From positions 93,186,001 to 93,250,000 of the forward strand of contig NC_043000.1 of assembly GCF_006345805.1 (NCBI RefSeq): a DNA stretch of 64,000 nt, in the 5' to 3' direction. The notes under the pieces are model-generated. The model searched no databases, was not told the origin of the DNA, and worked only from the letters and a program-made list of their open reading frames with translations. Origin of the DNA: Octopus sinensis. Its lineage: Eukaryota. Both the position numbers and the translations under genes were made by a program. Positions 25,258 to 36,328 of this stretch are shown piece after piece (position 1 is the stretch's first letter; each line of letters starts with the position of its first letter).

Positions 25258-25541
25258 GAAGATTTTAAAGGTTTTTGCTGTCCTAGATATCATGATCCTT
25301 TGCAGTGTATGAATTAAGGTGTTGCATTCTTTTCCCTCAAGAACCTATTTTCAGCCATACTTTACTCCAGGCAGAAAGGTATATCTCCTGCTGCTTCAGT
25401 AGAGATAGGTATGAAACTAAAAGTACACCTCGTGTACAGGATATGCAAACTCTTTATCAATGGTCCACAGATGTCCTCTTTCTACTGTATTTTTTTGACG
25501 TCAGTGGTAACCAGAAGGCAAGTGTACATATGTATTTAGAT

Positions 25542-25573
<32 letters not shown>

Positions 25574-25701
25574 ACACATACACACACATACACACAAGCA
25601 CACATACACATACATTAAAAGCATACTGAAAAAGTACTCAACACAAAGAAAGCTGCACATCTACAGTACATATGAACTCACATAGCACCAAAATTGTCTG
25701 T

Positions 25702-25891
25702 CTAATTTGCATAACAGTGCATGTGTTGACAAAGTGGATTAATTCTTAATTAATTAACGATGACGTAGATTAATTAATTAATTAATTAAATAATCAAACT
25801 CACATTCCAAAATTATCCAAAAGAGCATTGTATATTGCCACTATAAATATTTAATCCATTTAGACATTGCGTGCTCTGTTATGCAAATTAG
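25702..25891. mobile_element. 190-bp IR-bounded element with ATGCAAAT octamers in both arms
   Basis: ctaatttgcataacagtgcatg (25702-23) / cgtgctctgttatgcaaattag (25870-91), 20/22 match. Confidence 0.55.
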
Positions 25892-26079
25892 GTTGTCTAA
25901 GGAAACTGGAAACATATTTCAGTGATATACCGTTCCTGCTAATGGAGTGATAAACACCAGAGTATTACAGCTTTGTTGACTTTTCAAAATTGTAGATAAA
26001 ATGTATGTGTAATAAAAATGTTTACCTTTCATTTTAAATTGTATGTATAATTCTGTATGTGCATGTGTGCATAAAGATG

Positions 26080-26458
26080 AGTGGCTTCAAAGTTAGGGTA
26101 TTCAGCTCAAGATCGCAGGGTCGAGAGTTCGATTGCCAGTAATGCATTGTGTCCTTGAGCAAGACACTTTATTTTATGTTGCTTCAGTCCACTCAGTTGG
26201 CAAAAATGTGTTGTTCCAGTAATACAAAAGGGCCAACCCTGTCACATTTAGTATCATGCTGAATTTCCATGAGAACTATGTTAAGGGTACGCAAGAGTGG
26301 CTGTGTGGTAAGTAGCTTGCTTACCAACCACATAGTTCCTGGTTCAGTCCCACTGTGTGGCACCTTGGGCAAGTGTCTTCTAATATAGCCTCGGGCTGAC
26401 CAAAGCCTTGTGAGTGGATTTGGTAGACAGAAACTGAAAGAAGCCCATCGTATATATG

Positions 26459-26491
<33 letters not shown>

Positions 26492-26700
26492 GTGTGATTG
26501 TGTGTCAGTGTGCATCCCACCAACATCACTTGACAACCAATGCTGGTGTGTTTATGTCCCTGTAACTTAGCGGATTGGCAAAAAAGACCGATAGAATAAG
26601 TACTAGGCTTACAAAGAATAAGTCCTGGGCTCGATTTGCTCGACTGAAGGCGATGCTTCAGCATGGCCACAGTCAAATGACTCAAACAAGTAAAAGAGAT
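26080..26700 (+). mobile_element. SINE D-type head/body (26080-26293) followed by full-length SINE A (26293-26700)
   Basis: cattgtgtccttgagcaagacac..; then gagtggctgtgtggtaag..cagtcaaatgactcaaacaagtaaaaga. Confidence 0.85.
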
Positions 26701-26837
26701 ATCTGTGGGGTACTCAGACACACATACATTAATTTCATGAGCAGACTGTTCCGTTGATCAGATCAATTGAAACCCTGGTCCTCATAACTAACAGAATGCC
26801 AGTATGGGTGCATGAGTTTATATTTAGATATGTACTC

Positions 26838-26884
<47 letters not shown>

Positions 26885-26885
<1 letters not shown>

Positions 26886-27135
26886 TTGATAATAATATTA
26901 GGGAATATTATTCCAAACTTACAGGGAAAAATTCAATTTAGTAATACTAAATTAAATTTCGCAATATATAATATATGTATATAAATTAGAGAAGAATTAC
27001 CTTTTATCAATTATATACTTTTTATTTATTATTTTGTACTTTACTAAATTATTGCTATATGTTTTATCGTATATTAAATTATTTTTCTATATGGTATAAT
27101 TTAATTATATCATTGTTATTTCATTGTTGAATTGA
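26885..27135 (+). repeat. Unclassified AT-rich dispersed repeat; inverted copy at 34370-34637
   Basis: cttacagggaaaaattcaatttagtaatactaaattaaatttcgcaat shared. Confidence 0.6.
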
Positions 27136-27151
27136 TAAAAGGTGGTTCTTC

Positions 27152-27207
<56 letters not shown>

Positions 27208-27304
27208 TGTGCATGTAGTATGTATGTATGTATGTATGTATGTATGTATGTATGTGTATATATTATATAATAATATATATATATATATATATACATACAT
27301 ACAC

Positions 27305-27493
27305 ATTTAAGAGGGATGACCACTACGTGGACATCCATTATGCTGGAAGTGGATCCGCTATGGTCTTACCACTAAGAAAGGTATGTTCTTAAGAAAATTT
27401 ACCAAATGCCAGAATGTAAGCAAGCAAGACAAATGAAAAGAAATAAAATATAGATTAATCATATTCAATTTTTCACCCTTATTATTTTAAATT

Positions 27494-27497
<4 letters not shown>
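27305..27497 (+). repeat. Repeat F copy with right-end IR segment
   Basis: About 160 bp homologous to 28505-28660; ends tattcaatttttcacccttattattttaaatt. Confidence 0.7.
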
Positions 27498-27530
<33 letters not shown>

Positions 27531-28162
27531 GTATATATATATATGTATAATATATATATATAATATATATCTATATATAATATATAATATATAATATACA
27601 CACACACACCTGATATATACAACACACATATATATACACACACACATATTTATATATGTATGCATGTATGTATCCATACAGGAATACACACACACGCACT
27701 CACACACAAATATATACATATATATATGTATGTATACATATATATGTATGAATATATATGTATACATATATATTCACATACCCATGTACACACATATATA
27801 AATTCCATCTTCCTCTTTTTCCCTCTGTCACTGTCACAATACACACTCATATGTACACACACCCACACACACATGCACACAAACATATTCACACATCTGC
27901 ACACACACACACACATACAATCATTCAAGACCTACACATAGTCACATACAAAAAAACATATACATCTAGTTGTGTTATATCACGTTTTGACTTGGAAAAC
28001 ACCTGTTGGGCTTGAATCTTTGGAATGTTTTACCTGCTTCTTTAGCAATCATCGTTGCTGCTGTCATTGTTGTTTAGTCCCAGTTCTGTCACTTGGGCAA
28101 TACTTTAGGGTTGCTATATATATATATGTGTGTGTTTTATATATATGTATATATATATATAG

Positions 28163-28392
28163 AGGCGCAATGGCCTAGTGGTTAGGGCAGCGGACTCGCG
28201 GTCGCAGGATCGCGGTTTCGATTCTCAGACTGGGCGTTGTGTGTGTTTATTGAGCGAAAACACCTAAAAAGCTCTACGAGGCTCCGGCAGGGGGTGGTGA
28301 TCCCTGCTGTACTCTTTCACCACAATGGCGGTGCCCCAGCATGGCCACAGCTCAAGAGCTGAAACTGGAAAAAACAAAAACAAAAACAAACA
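28163..28392 (+). mobile_element. SINE B head fused to a LINE-derived tail
   Basis: Head matches 3999-4313; 28324-28366 matches rc of 56610-56652 at 40/43. Confidence 0.85.
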
Positions 28393-28395
28393 TAT

Positions 28396-28660
28396 AAATT
28401 TAAAATGAGGGTGAAAAAATTGGATATTAATTTGATTAACATCAATTTAAAACCAATGGTCTAGCATATTAAAATCTGAAGATTCGGAAAATTGTATTAC
28501 ATACATATGAGAGGGATGACCACTATGTGGACAATCCTTATGCTAGAAGTAGATCTGCTATGGTCTTACCACTAATAAATGTACTCAAGAAAATTTAGCA
28601 AACACCAGAACGTAAGTGAGCAAGACAAATAAAAAGATACAAAAAAATAGATTAAAAGAG
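28396..28660 (+). repeat. Repeat F copy with left-end IR segment
   Basis: Starts aatttaaaatgagggtgaaaaaattggatatt, which is the inverse of the right end of the 27305 copy. Confidence 0.7.
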
Positions 28661-29075
28661 TAAAAGAGTATATATATATATATATATATATATATGCTCT
28701 TTTACTCTTTTATTTGTTTCAGTCATTTGACTGCAGCCATGCAGGAGTACTGCCTTTAGCCGAACAAATCGACCCCAGGACATTTTCTTTGTGAGCCTAG
28801 TACTTATTCTATCGGTCTCTTTTGCTGAACTTCTAAGCTACAGGAACGTAAACACACCAGCATTGGTTATCAAGCGATTGGGGGGAGGGTGTCAAACACA
28901 AACACACACACACATGCACACAACAGGTTTCTTTCAGTTTTTGCCTACCAAATCCACTCACAAGGCTTTGGTTGGACTGAAGATATAATAAATTACACTT
29001 GCCCAAGGTGCTATACAGTGAGACTGAACCATGTGGTTGGTAAGCAAGCTACTTACCACACAGCCACTCCTGTGC
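28660..29075 (-). mobile_element. SINE family A, full length
   Basis: Consensus motifs. Confidence 0.88.
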
Positions 29076-29089
29076 CTATAAATATATAT

Positions 29090-29290
29090 ATATCTCATTG
29101 GCGATTTTCTTTCTCCGTCTTCCCTTCCTTGGACTTTTCCTTTTTCTATGTTTCTGACGAAGAGCTCCGCTCGAAAAGTTAAATCCTCCTTCTTTCTTTC
29201 CTTTCCTGAGTGTCCAATAACACTATACTTGTTCCACGTCCTTGCATTGTGGTGGTTTCTCTTTATGTTTTCATGTTTGGATTAACTATA
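29090..29290 (+). mobile_element. Penelope-type pLTR fragment containing a minimal hammerhead (29150-29184)
   Basis: TTT-CTGACGA-A-GAGC-tcc-GCTC-GAAA-AGTT-AAA; homologous to 40590-40790. Confidence 0.7.
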
Positions 29291-29579
29291 TATATATATA
29301 AATATATATTTATATATACATACATAGATAGATAGATATAGATATAGATAGATAGATAAATAGATAGATAGATAGATTTGTATTATTTGTATGTATGTAT
29401 ATAGTGTAAAGGTTCCACAAAATTTTTTTTTCGCATGTGTTGAATTGCAGTAAACGTTATAAAAGAAGGAAAATGCACAGAAATTTTATATTGTACCAAA
29501 TATATTCTGTGCAACATGAAATTGCTGTATAGTTTTTGAAGCATTAAAATATATGAATTAAGACATCATTACCTCATTA

Positions 29580-30000
29580 ATATTATTATTTCTGCCTTAG
29601 CAGCTAATCGTTGAGAGGATGTTGGTGTTGCCTTGGCAGAGGTTTGTGCTCTCTGAGTGCTCTTGTTTTCCGTTGTGTTTATTTGTTTGTCCATGGACAT
29701 GATATCTCAAGAACCGCTGGATGGATTCAGATGAAATTTTCAGAGATGTTTGGCCTTGTGACTGGCACAAACTGATTAGATTTTGAGATTGATCCAGTAC
29801 CGGACAAGGATTCCGGATTATTTTTCTGGTTTCTTTACTTAATGTTTGAGAGTGCTTGGGTTCATTTTTAGTATCCTCGTTTGTAAGAGCAGTCAAGTTT
29901 AGTTCAGGTATTCTCATTTTAAAAGTCACCTCCAGCTAATCATTGAGAGGATGTTGGTGTTGCCTTGGTAGAGGTTTGTGCTCACTGAGTGCTCTTGTTA
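29580..30000 (+). mobile_element. Helentron-like non-autonomous element (HINE) with a 67-bp copy of its 3' end inserted near its 5' end
   Basis: Homologous to rc 52698-53084; direct repeats 29601-29667 / 29933-29999 (64/67); 3' ccttggcagaggt and stem-loop gtgctc.ctgagtgc. Confidence 0.7.
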
Positions 30001-30004
30001 TTAA

Positions 30005-30067
<63 letters not shown>

Positions 30068-30079
30068 CATTATTATTAT

Positions 30080-30275
30080 TATTGAGTGAGAGAGCAATAC
30101 ATGCCATCAAAGTGACACTAGGGTACAAATGTACAAAGCCCAATATACCAATCATGACTACTTCTCTGGTAATGAAACACCAGGCATGCGGTGCATCACA
30201 ACCACATGTGCATAACATGGTGATCTCATATCAAAATAAACAGTGCATGATGTTGCAGGTGGGGCCCAGTTAAAA
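30080..30275 (-). mobile_element. Probable retroelement 3' end with (TAA)n tail
   Basis: Unique 200 bp directly followed on the minus strand by (AAT)n; family not identified. Confidence 0.4.
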
Positions 30276-30284
30276 TTTTTTTCA

Positions 30285-30680
30285 GGTTGAGCTCCACAGA
30301 TCTTCCAGGACAAGGCTCATCTTCTAGGCTGTTATTTCCGACTCAGAATTTCTGGAACCACCATTGCCTCTGGCCTACATTTATTGTTCAATCCCCATAT
30401 ACTGCATTAATATTCTTTTCACTTTCTGTTGCATTGTTGCCTTCACTGAACTCATAAAGCAAAATATGCTGAATATGCTCTTTTGTCACTTCCATTATAG
30501 CTTTGGAAAAATAACTGTTAAAATCAAACTGCACTCTTCAAAACTTGCACTAAGAATAAGTACAAGGTAAAATTACTACCTGTTTTTATAGCAAGTTTAT
30601 GCAGGTAGTTTATCCTGCCCCAACTCCGACATTTAGTTCATGCAACTGAAAAATCCACATTATTTATGGGATGACCCAAT
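30285..30680 (-). mobile_element. mariner transposon 5' part (TIR plus N-terminal HTH pseudo-ORF)
   Basis: TIR attgggtcatcccataaataatgtggattt; from ATG at 30495: MEVTKEHIQHILLYEFSEGNNATESEKNINAVYGD*TINVGQRQWWFQKF*VGNNSLEDEPCPGRSVEL. Confidence 0.9.
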
Positions 30681-30686
30681 ATATAC

Positions 30687-30717
<31 letters not shown>

Positions 30718-30735
30718 TGTATGTATGTATGTATG

Positions 30736-30831
30736 GCATGCAAAGATGACTCACAAATTCCTGAAACATTCCATATTTTTCTACCAAGGAAGTACACCAG
30801 CATGGCCATAGTCAAATGACTGAAACAAGTA
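30736..30831 (+). pseudogene. U6 snRNA 3'-half / retro-tail chimera, copy 1
   Basis: 30740-30780 gcaaagatgactcacaaattcctgaaacattccatattttt vs U6 GCAAGGATGACACGCAAATTCGTGAAGCGTTCCATATTTTT (35/41; U6 recalled from memory), then ctaccaagg and the family-A tail. Confidence 0.85.
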
Positions 30832-30929
30832 TATGTATATATATATATTTACATATATGTATATAATTTGTATATATATATATATTATTATCATATATAT
30901 ATATATATATATATACACATACATATATA

Positions 30930-31144
30930 TGAGGCAGTGCTGAAAAGTACCTGGTTTTATGGGTACCACAAAATCCTGGTTGAAGGCCCAAACTTCTGAG
31001 TTTTTTTATGGGGCTTAGAAAACTGAAAGTCTGTTGCAATAAGTGTGTGAATCTGAGAAGGGAATATATTGAACGAAATCATAATAAACTGCTTCTCTTG
31101 TATTTTCTTTTACCGGAAGCCAGGAATTTTTCAGCACCTACGTA
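30930..31144 (+). mobile_element. mariner-derived MITE with a transposase C-terminus remnant
   Basis: TIRs gaggcagtgctgaaaagtacctgg / gccaggaatttttcagcacctacg; GLRKLKVCCNKCVNLRREYIE resembles the mariner C-terminus. Confidence 0.75.
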
Positions 31145-31177
31145 TATAAACATATATATATATATTATTTTATTCTT

Positions 31178-31272
31178 TTACTTGTTTCAGTCATTTGACT
31201 GTGGCCATGCTGGAGCACATCCTTGGTAGAAAAATATGGAATGCTTCATGAATTTGTGTCAGCCTTGCATGT
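31178..31272 (-). pseudogene. U6 snRNA 3'-half / retro-tail chimera, copy 2 (inverted)
   Basis: rc gcaaggctgacac--aaattcatgaagcattccatattttt-ctaccaagg-atgtgctccagcatggccacagtcaaatgactgaaacaagta; 36/41 to U6 with a 2-nt gap. Confidence 0.85.
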
Positions 31273-31659
31273 CATACATACATATATAATCATATATGTA
31301 TATACATATATGTATATGTGTGTATGTATGTGTGTATTTATATATGTATATGTGGGTGTGTGGATTCTTTCCACGACATGACCCTTTGTCTTATTGACAC
31401 AGTCAGACTGTAGTCAGTTTTGGAGCCTGGTACAAATTTAGATGTGTCAAAGTTCATCACCAGAAATTGCTGACAAAAATCCTATTCGAAGAATGCACCT
31501 GGTTTTATGGTATTTTGTGTGAATAGTAGAAACAAAAAAATCTAGTGTTCTATGGATATTATTAGATGACATATTGCATTGTGGATGACTTAAGAATTTG
31601 ATTGTGCAAAACTGGTGCCATACACGTGATGGCACATATTTTTTTTTGTTTTTATCTTT

Positions 31660-32130
31660 TATCTTTTATTTGTTTTGCTCATTGGACTGTGGCCATGCTT
31701 GAGCACAACCTCGAAGGGTTTCAATTGAATTAATCAGCTTCAGTATTCATTTATGTTTTTTTAAAACCTGGTACTTATTCTATCTGTTACTTTTTACCAA
31801 ATAGCTAAGATACAGGAATGTAAACAAACCCATACTGGTTGTCAAGGGGGGTGATGGTGGGCGGTGGATTAGGGACAAACATAAACATAAGGATACACAC
31901 AGATACATAAAAACACATGCACACACACTCACAGGCACCTCACACACACACATACAAATACACAGCAGGTTCCTTTCAGTTTCCATTTGCCAACTCTGCT
32001 CACAAGGTTTTGGTCAGCCTGCAACTATAGTAGAAGATACTTGTTTTGGATGCCATGCAGCAAGACTGAACCCAGAACCATGTGGTTATGAAGCAAACTT
32101 CTTACCACACAGCCATACCTGCACCCATGT
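31660..32130 (-). mobile_element. SINE family A, diverged full length
   Basis: Consensus motifs with many substitutions. Confidence 0.75.
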
Positions 32131-32679
32131 CCACAACTGCACCTACAAAAATTAAATCATTAGGAATTGTATAATATCAAGAAAGCCATAAACCCCCTTA
32201 AAATACAAAGGAAAACTCCTTTAGAGTGTATCAACATGTATTAGAAACTTGAGCATGCAGGTTCGATTTCTTGACGTTGAATGTTATTCAGTTTTTAGTT
32301 AAGGACACACAGGAGCTAAATTTGTAGATATTGCTGCTGTTTTTTCGTCCCCTGGATTGTCCCTATCAAGCTGATTTATGATCAAAGGACCAACATGTCT
32401 TTTCTTATAGGCATAACATATCTAGGACTACAATACCTAATGTGTCCTTCCTTTGTTTTTTTTTATATAGTTTTGGAGGTTTGGTAGTTATTTTTAGCAA
32501 GTCAAGCTATCATGTAACGGTTTCCTCGTTAGCTCATTAAATACATAGTTTACCAAGAGGAAACAACTTTATGTTTTACAATATCTTAATCTTTCCAAGA
32601 TGCAAATTGTGCCATTTCACTCAACAACTTTATTTTCAGAACCTTAAGTTGTATTTCATGTTGCACATAAAATTTGTTG

Positions 32680-32725
<46 letters not shown>

Positions 32726-33150
32726 TATTATCATCATTTAAGTATCCATGTTCCATGGTGGGTTAGATTGGATGGTTCAACCAAATCTGAAGTGTTCAAG
32801 GACAGCGGTATACTTTAATGTCTAGTATACTTTTTATGGCTGGATACCCTTCCCATTGACAGTTCAGTAATTATATAATTTATAGACTAATTTGAGGAGA
32901 TAATAACTAAGCAAAAATATTCAAAAACATTCAGAAATATGATTATGTGATTACTCATTGAGGTTTCTTTGATTTGCAATTAAATAAATAAATATATAAA
33001 TAAATCATAAATAATAAATAGAAAATGCTTCACACATTCATTTTCTTAATCATCATCAAAGCTTTCCAGAGAGATTCATCTGCTTTTACATGAAACATAA
33101 TATTTTCATGTCTATAGTATCATATGTTTAAAACACACACAATCTTAATA

Positions 33151-33227
33151 GTGATGTAGTGCAGCAGTTTTCTCACTGTTTGAATGTTATACATCCACAC
33201 ACTGAGAAAACTGCTGCACGGCATCAC
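33151..33227. repeat. 77-nt foldback hairpin (29-bp arms, 19-nt loop)
   Basis: gtgatgtagtgcagcagttttctcactgt / acactgagaaaactgctgcacggcatcac. Confidence 0.9.
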
Positions 33228-33669
33228 AATTGCAAAAATAATCTTTGAAAGGATTTTCAGGATATCCTATAGAACTCATTGTGTGACTATTATTTACAAA
33301 AAAGACATTAGTTTAGTAAATTAATGCTGTACCCAAACATGTTCCATTGAAAGTGTCAACTGTCAATGCAATTTTAGTGTTGGTATTATAACTGAATGGT
33401 TTTTTCAATGTGTAAACCTGTTTCAGACCATGGTAAATCTATTATAAAGGAAATTAACTATTTTAGCTAGTTTTTTTTTGCAAGTTTGTCAATAAATATA
33501 CATGGATGTGTCAGTAAGAATTCACCAATTATGACCTTATGGTCAAAATTACAAATGACTGAATTTAATATGATGTTCTGCTTCTCCTTTGAGAAACAAA
33601 AATCCTGCCTTCTGGAGTCATTAATCTGATATATATGTTTTATAATGAGCCAATTTATTATATAGTTAT

Positions 33670-34012
33670 CATTAATGTTACTGGCACTTGTGCTGGTGGC
33701 ACATAAAAAAAGTATTCAAACGAGGTTGTTGCCAGTGCCGTTGGACTGGCTCCTGTGCAGGTGGCACATAAAAAGCACCACTTGAGCATGACCACTGCCA
33801 ATACTGCCTGACTGGCTCTCATGCCGGTGGCATGTAAAAGCACCCAATACACTTTCGGAGTGGTTGGCGTTAGGAAGGGTATCCAGCCATAGAAACCTTT
33901 CCAGATCAGATTGGAGTCTGGTGCAGCCATCTGGTTCACCAGACCTCAGTCAAATCGTCCAACCCATGCTAGCATGGAAAGTGGACGTTAAACGATGATG
34001 ATGATGATGATT
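33670..34012 (+). mobile_element. Repeat family E
   Basis: Three gtgc..ggtggcac modules, then ccatgctagcatggaaagtggacgttaaacgatgatgatg. Confidence 0.85.
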
Positions 34013-34303
34013 TAGATATATTTGAATACTGGTTTCATAATTTATTTTTCTTAGTGTTTGAATGTATCCTTCATTTTTTTATCTTTTATTTGTTTCAGTC
34101 ATTAGACTGTGACTATATTAAGACACCACGTTGAAGAATTTTTAGTTGACTGAATCGACCCCAGGTACTATTTTTTTGCTTCTAGCCCAGTACTTATCCT
34201 ATCATTCTCTTTTCTTTTTTACCGAACCACTAAGTTATGGGAATAAAAACATACCAATACTGGTTGTCAAGTATTGGTGGTGGACAAATGCAACACACAA
34301 ATG

Positions 34304-34351
<48 letters not shown>

Positions 34352-34637
34352 ATATATTATATATATGTTATATATATATAAATTACAGAAAACCCGCTAT
34401 TATTAAATATTGTTTACACATTTTTATACTTTTTGTGATGTAATTATTTGTTTTAAAATATATTCTATTTTTTATTTATGATTTGATTTATATCTATCAT
34501 TGTTTGAATTGCATATTAGTGTTTTTTCTCTAATTTATATATTTTATATATTTATATTGTGAAATTTGATTTAATACTAAATTGAATTTTTCCCTGTAAG
34601 TTTCGAGTTTCGATAATAATACTCCCTAGTATTATTA

Positions 34638-35300
34638 TCTCTATATATATAAAACTGAGAATGTGTGTCTGTCTGTCTGTCTGTGTGTTTCCCTAAAACT
34701 TGAGAACTACACAACCAATTTCATTCAAATTTTACACCTGCCTTACTTAGGGTCCATGTAGTTTCATGGGCAAAAAAATGTTCAACTTCTTGCCAAGGGC
34801 GAGCCCATAGCAATATCATATCTTCTCCACTATTTCAGTATTATGTGTTAAAAGTGAAACAAAACATTTCTCTATTTTATGTCAGATACTTTCACTTTAA
34901 CAATAAAAATTAGAGATAATAATAACAATTGAATTATATGTAGTAAGTAATAATTAAAATCAAACTAAAGTATAATATAATCGTAGCATAACAAAAGTAA
35001 AAATAGCAATTGGTATAAAATTGCATCAATGACTTGAACTTGAATAAGTGGTTTCACATGAATGGGAATAAATTAAAAATAAAATTAGCGTGCAGAAATA
35101 GAATAGTCCTACAATTCCAGTCTGTTATATATTTTGAGTATTGTTATCACCAGCGATATCAAGATATAACTTTGTATTTTGTATTTTATGTGTAGATGTA
35201 TATATAGATAGATGTACATGTAATATGTACACATATATATATATACACATATATACATGCACTAGCACTATGACCCGGCAAAGACGGGTCATAATGCTAG
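34638..35300 (+). mobile_element. Non-autonomous Helitron (663 bp)
   Basis: Inserted as A/TC...CTAG/T; 5' tctctatatatataaaactgag..tgtctgtctgtc; 3' hairpin tatgacccg-gcaaaga-cgggtcata 3 nt before CTAG. Confidence 0.85.
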
Positions 35301-35663
35301 TATATATATAACTGAAAACCAAGAGGTGAGTGGAAATTTATTCCACACTTTTTTATTCTAAAAGTTTTTATTAAAAGTTTTCTACAGCAACAGTGACCAA
35401 CATATGTTTCTATTGCAGCAACTGTACATTACTCTGTATGCAGTTATGCATCTTAGTCACTGCAATTTCATCAAGGATCCATCACTTACTGCATTTTAAA
35501 AGTGAACAAATTCAAACAAGCTTCCTGCATTGATATTCAGTCGAGGGGTGATAGCATTATTTTTTAAATCAAATTAAGTTCTGGTTTTATAATCACTTCT
35601 ACTGGTATTACAGTTGAATCATGGTTTAAAAATTTTTGCTTATATTACAATTAATTGTAGCAG

Positions 35664-35711
<48 letters not shown>

Positions 35712-35739
35712 CACACACACAAACACACATATATATATC

Positions 35740-36328
35740 TTTTTCTGCCTGCCAAATCCTCTCACAAGGCTTTGGTTGGCTGAGGCTATTGCAGAAGACA
35801 CCTGCTCAAAGTGGCACTTAGTGGAACTGAACTCAGAACCATGTGATTGGGAACCCAGCTTTCTTACCACACAGCCATGCCTATGTTTCATGAAACTTTT
35901 TTAGAGGGCTTCCAGTAAGTTCTATACTCTTTTACTTGTTTCAGTCATTTGACTGCGGCCATGCTGGAGCACTGCCTTTAATCGAGCAACTCGACCCCAG
36001 AACTTATTCTTTTGTAAGCCCAGTACTTATTCTATCGGTCTCTTTTGCCGAACCCGCTAAGTAACGGGGACGTAAACACACCAGCATCGGTTGTCAAGCA
36101 ATGCTAGGGGGACAAACACAGACACACAAACATACACGCACACACATATATATATACATATATACGACGGGCTACTTTCAGTTTCCGTCTACCAAATCCA
36201 CTCACAAGGCATTGGTCGGCCCGGGGCTATAGCAGAAGACACTTGCCCAAGATGCCACACAGTGGGGCTGAACCCGGAACCATGTGGTTGGTTAGCAAGC
36301 TACTTACCACACAGCCACTCCTGCGCCT
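35740..36328 (-). mobile_element. SINE A head (35740-35885) and a young full-length SINE A (35925-36328)
   Basis: The second copy retains CpGs (tgcggccatg, tcggcccggg). Confidence 0.9.

Noticed and set aside
28163-28240. tRNA-like sequences in SINE heads (also 4240-4313, 44255, 59990)
   Set aside because: A/B-box-like motifs are present, but there is no complete cloverleaf or acceptor stem, and they continue into SINE bodies; not tRNA genes.
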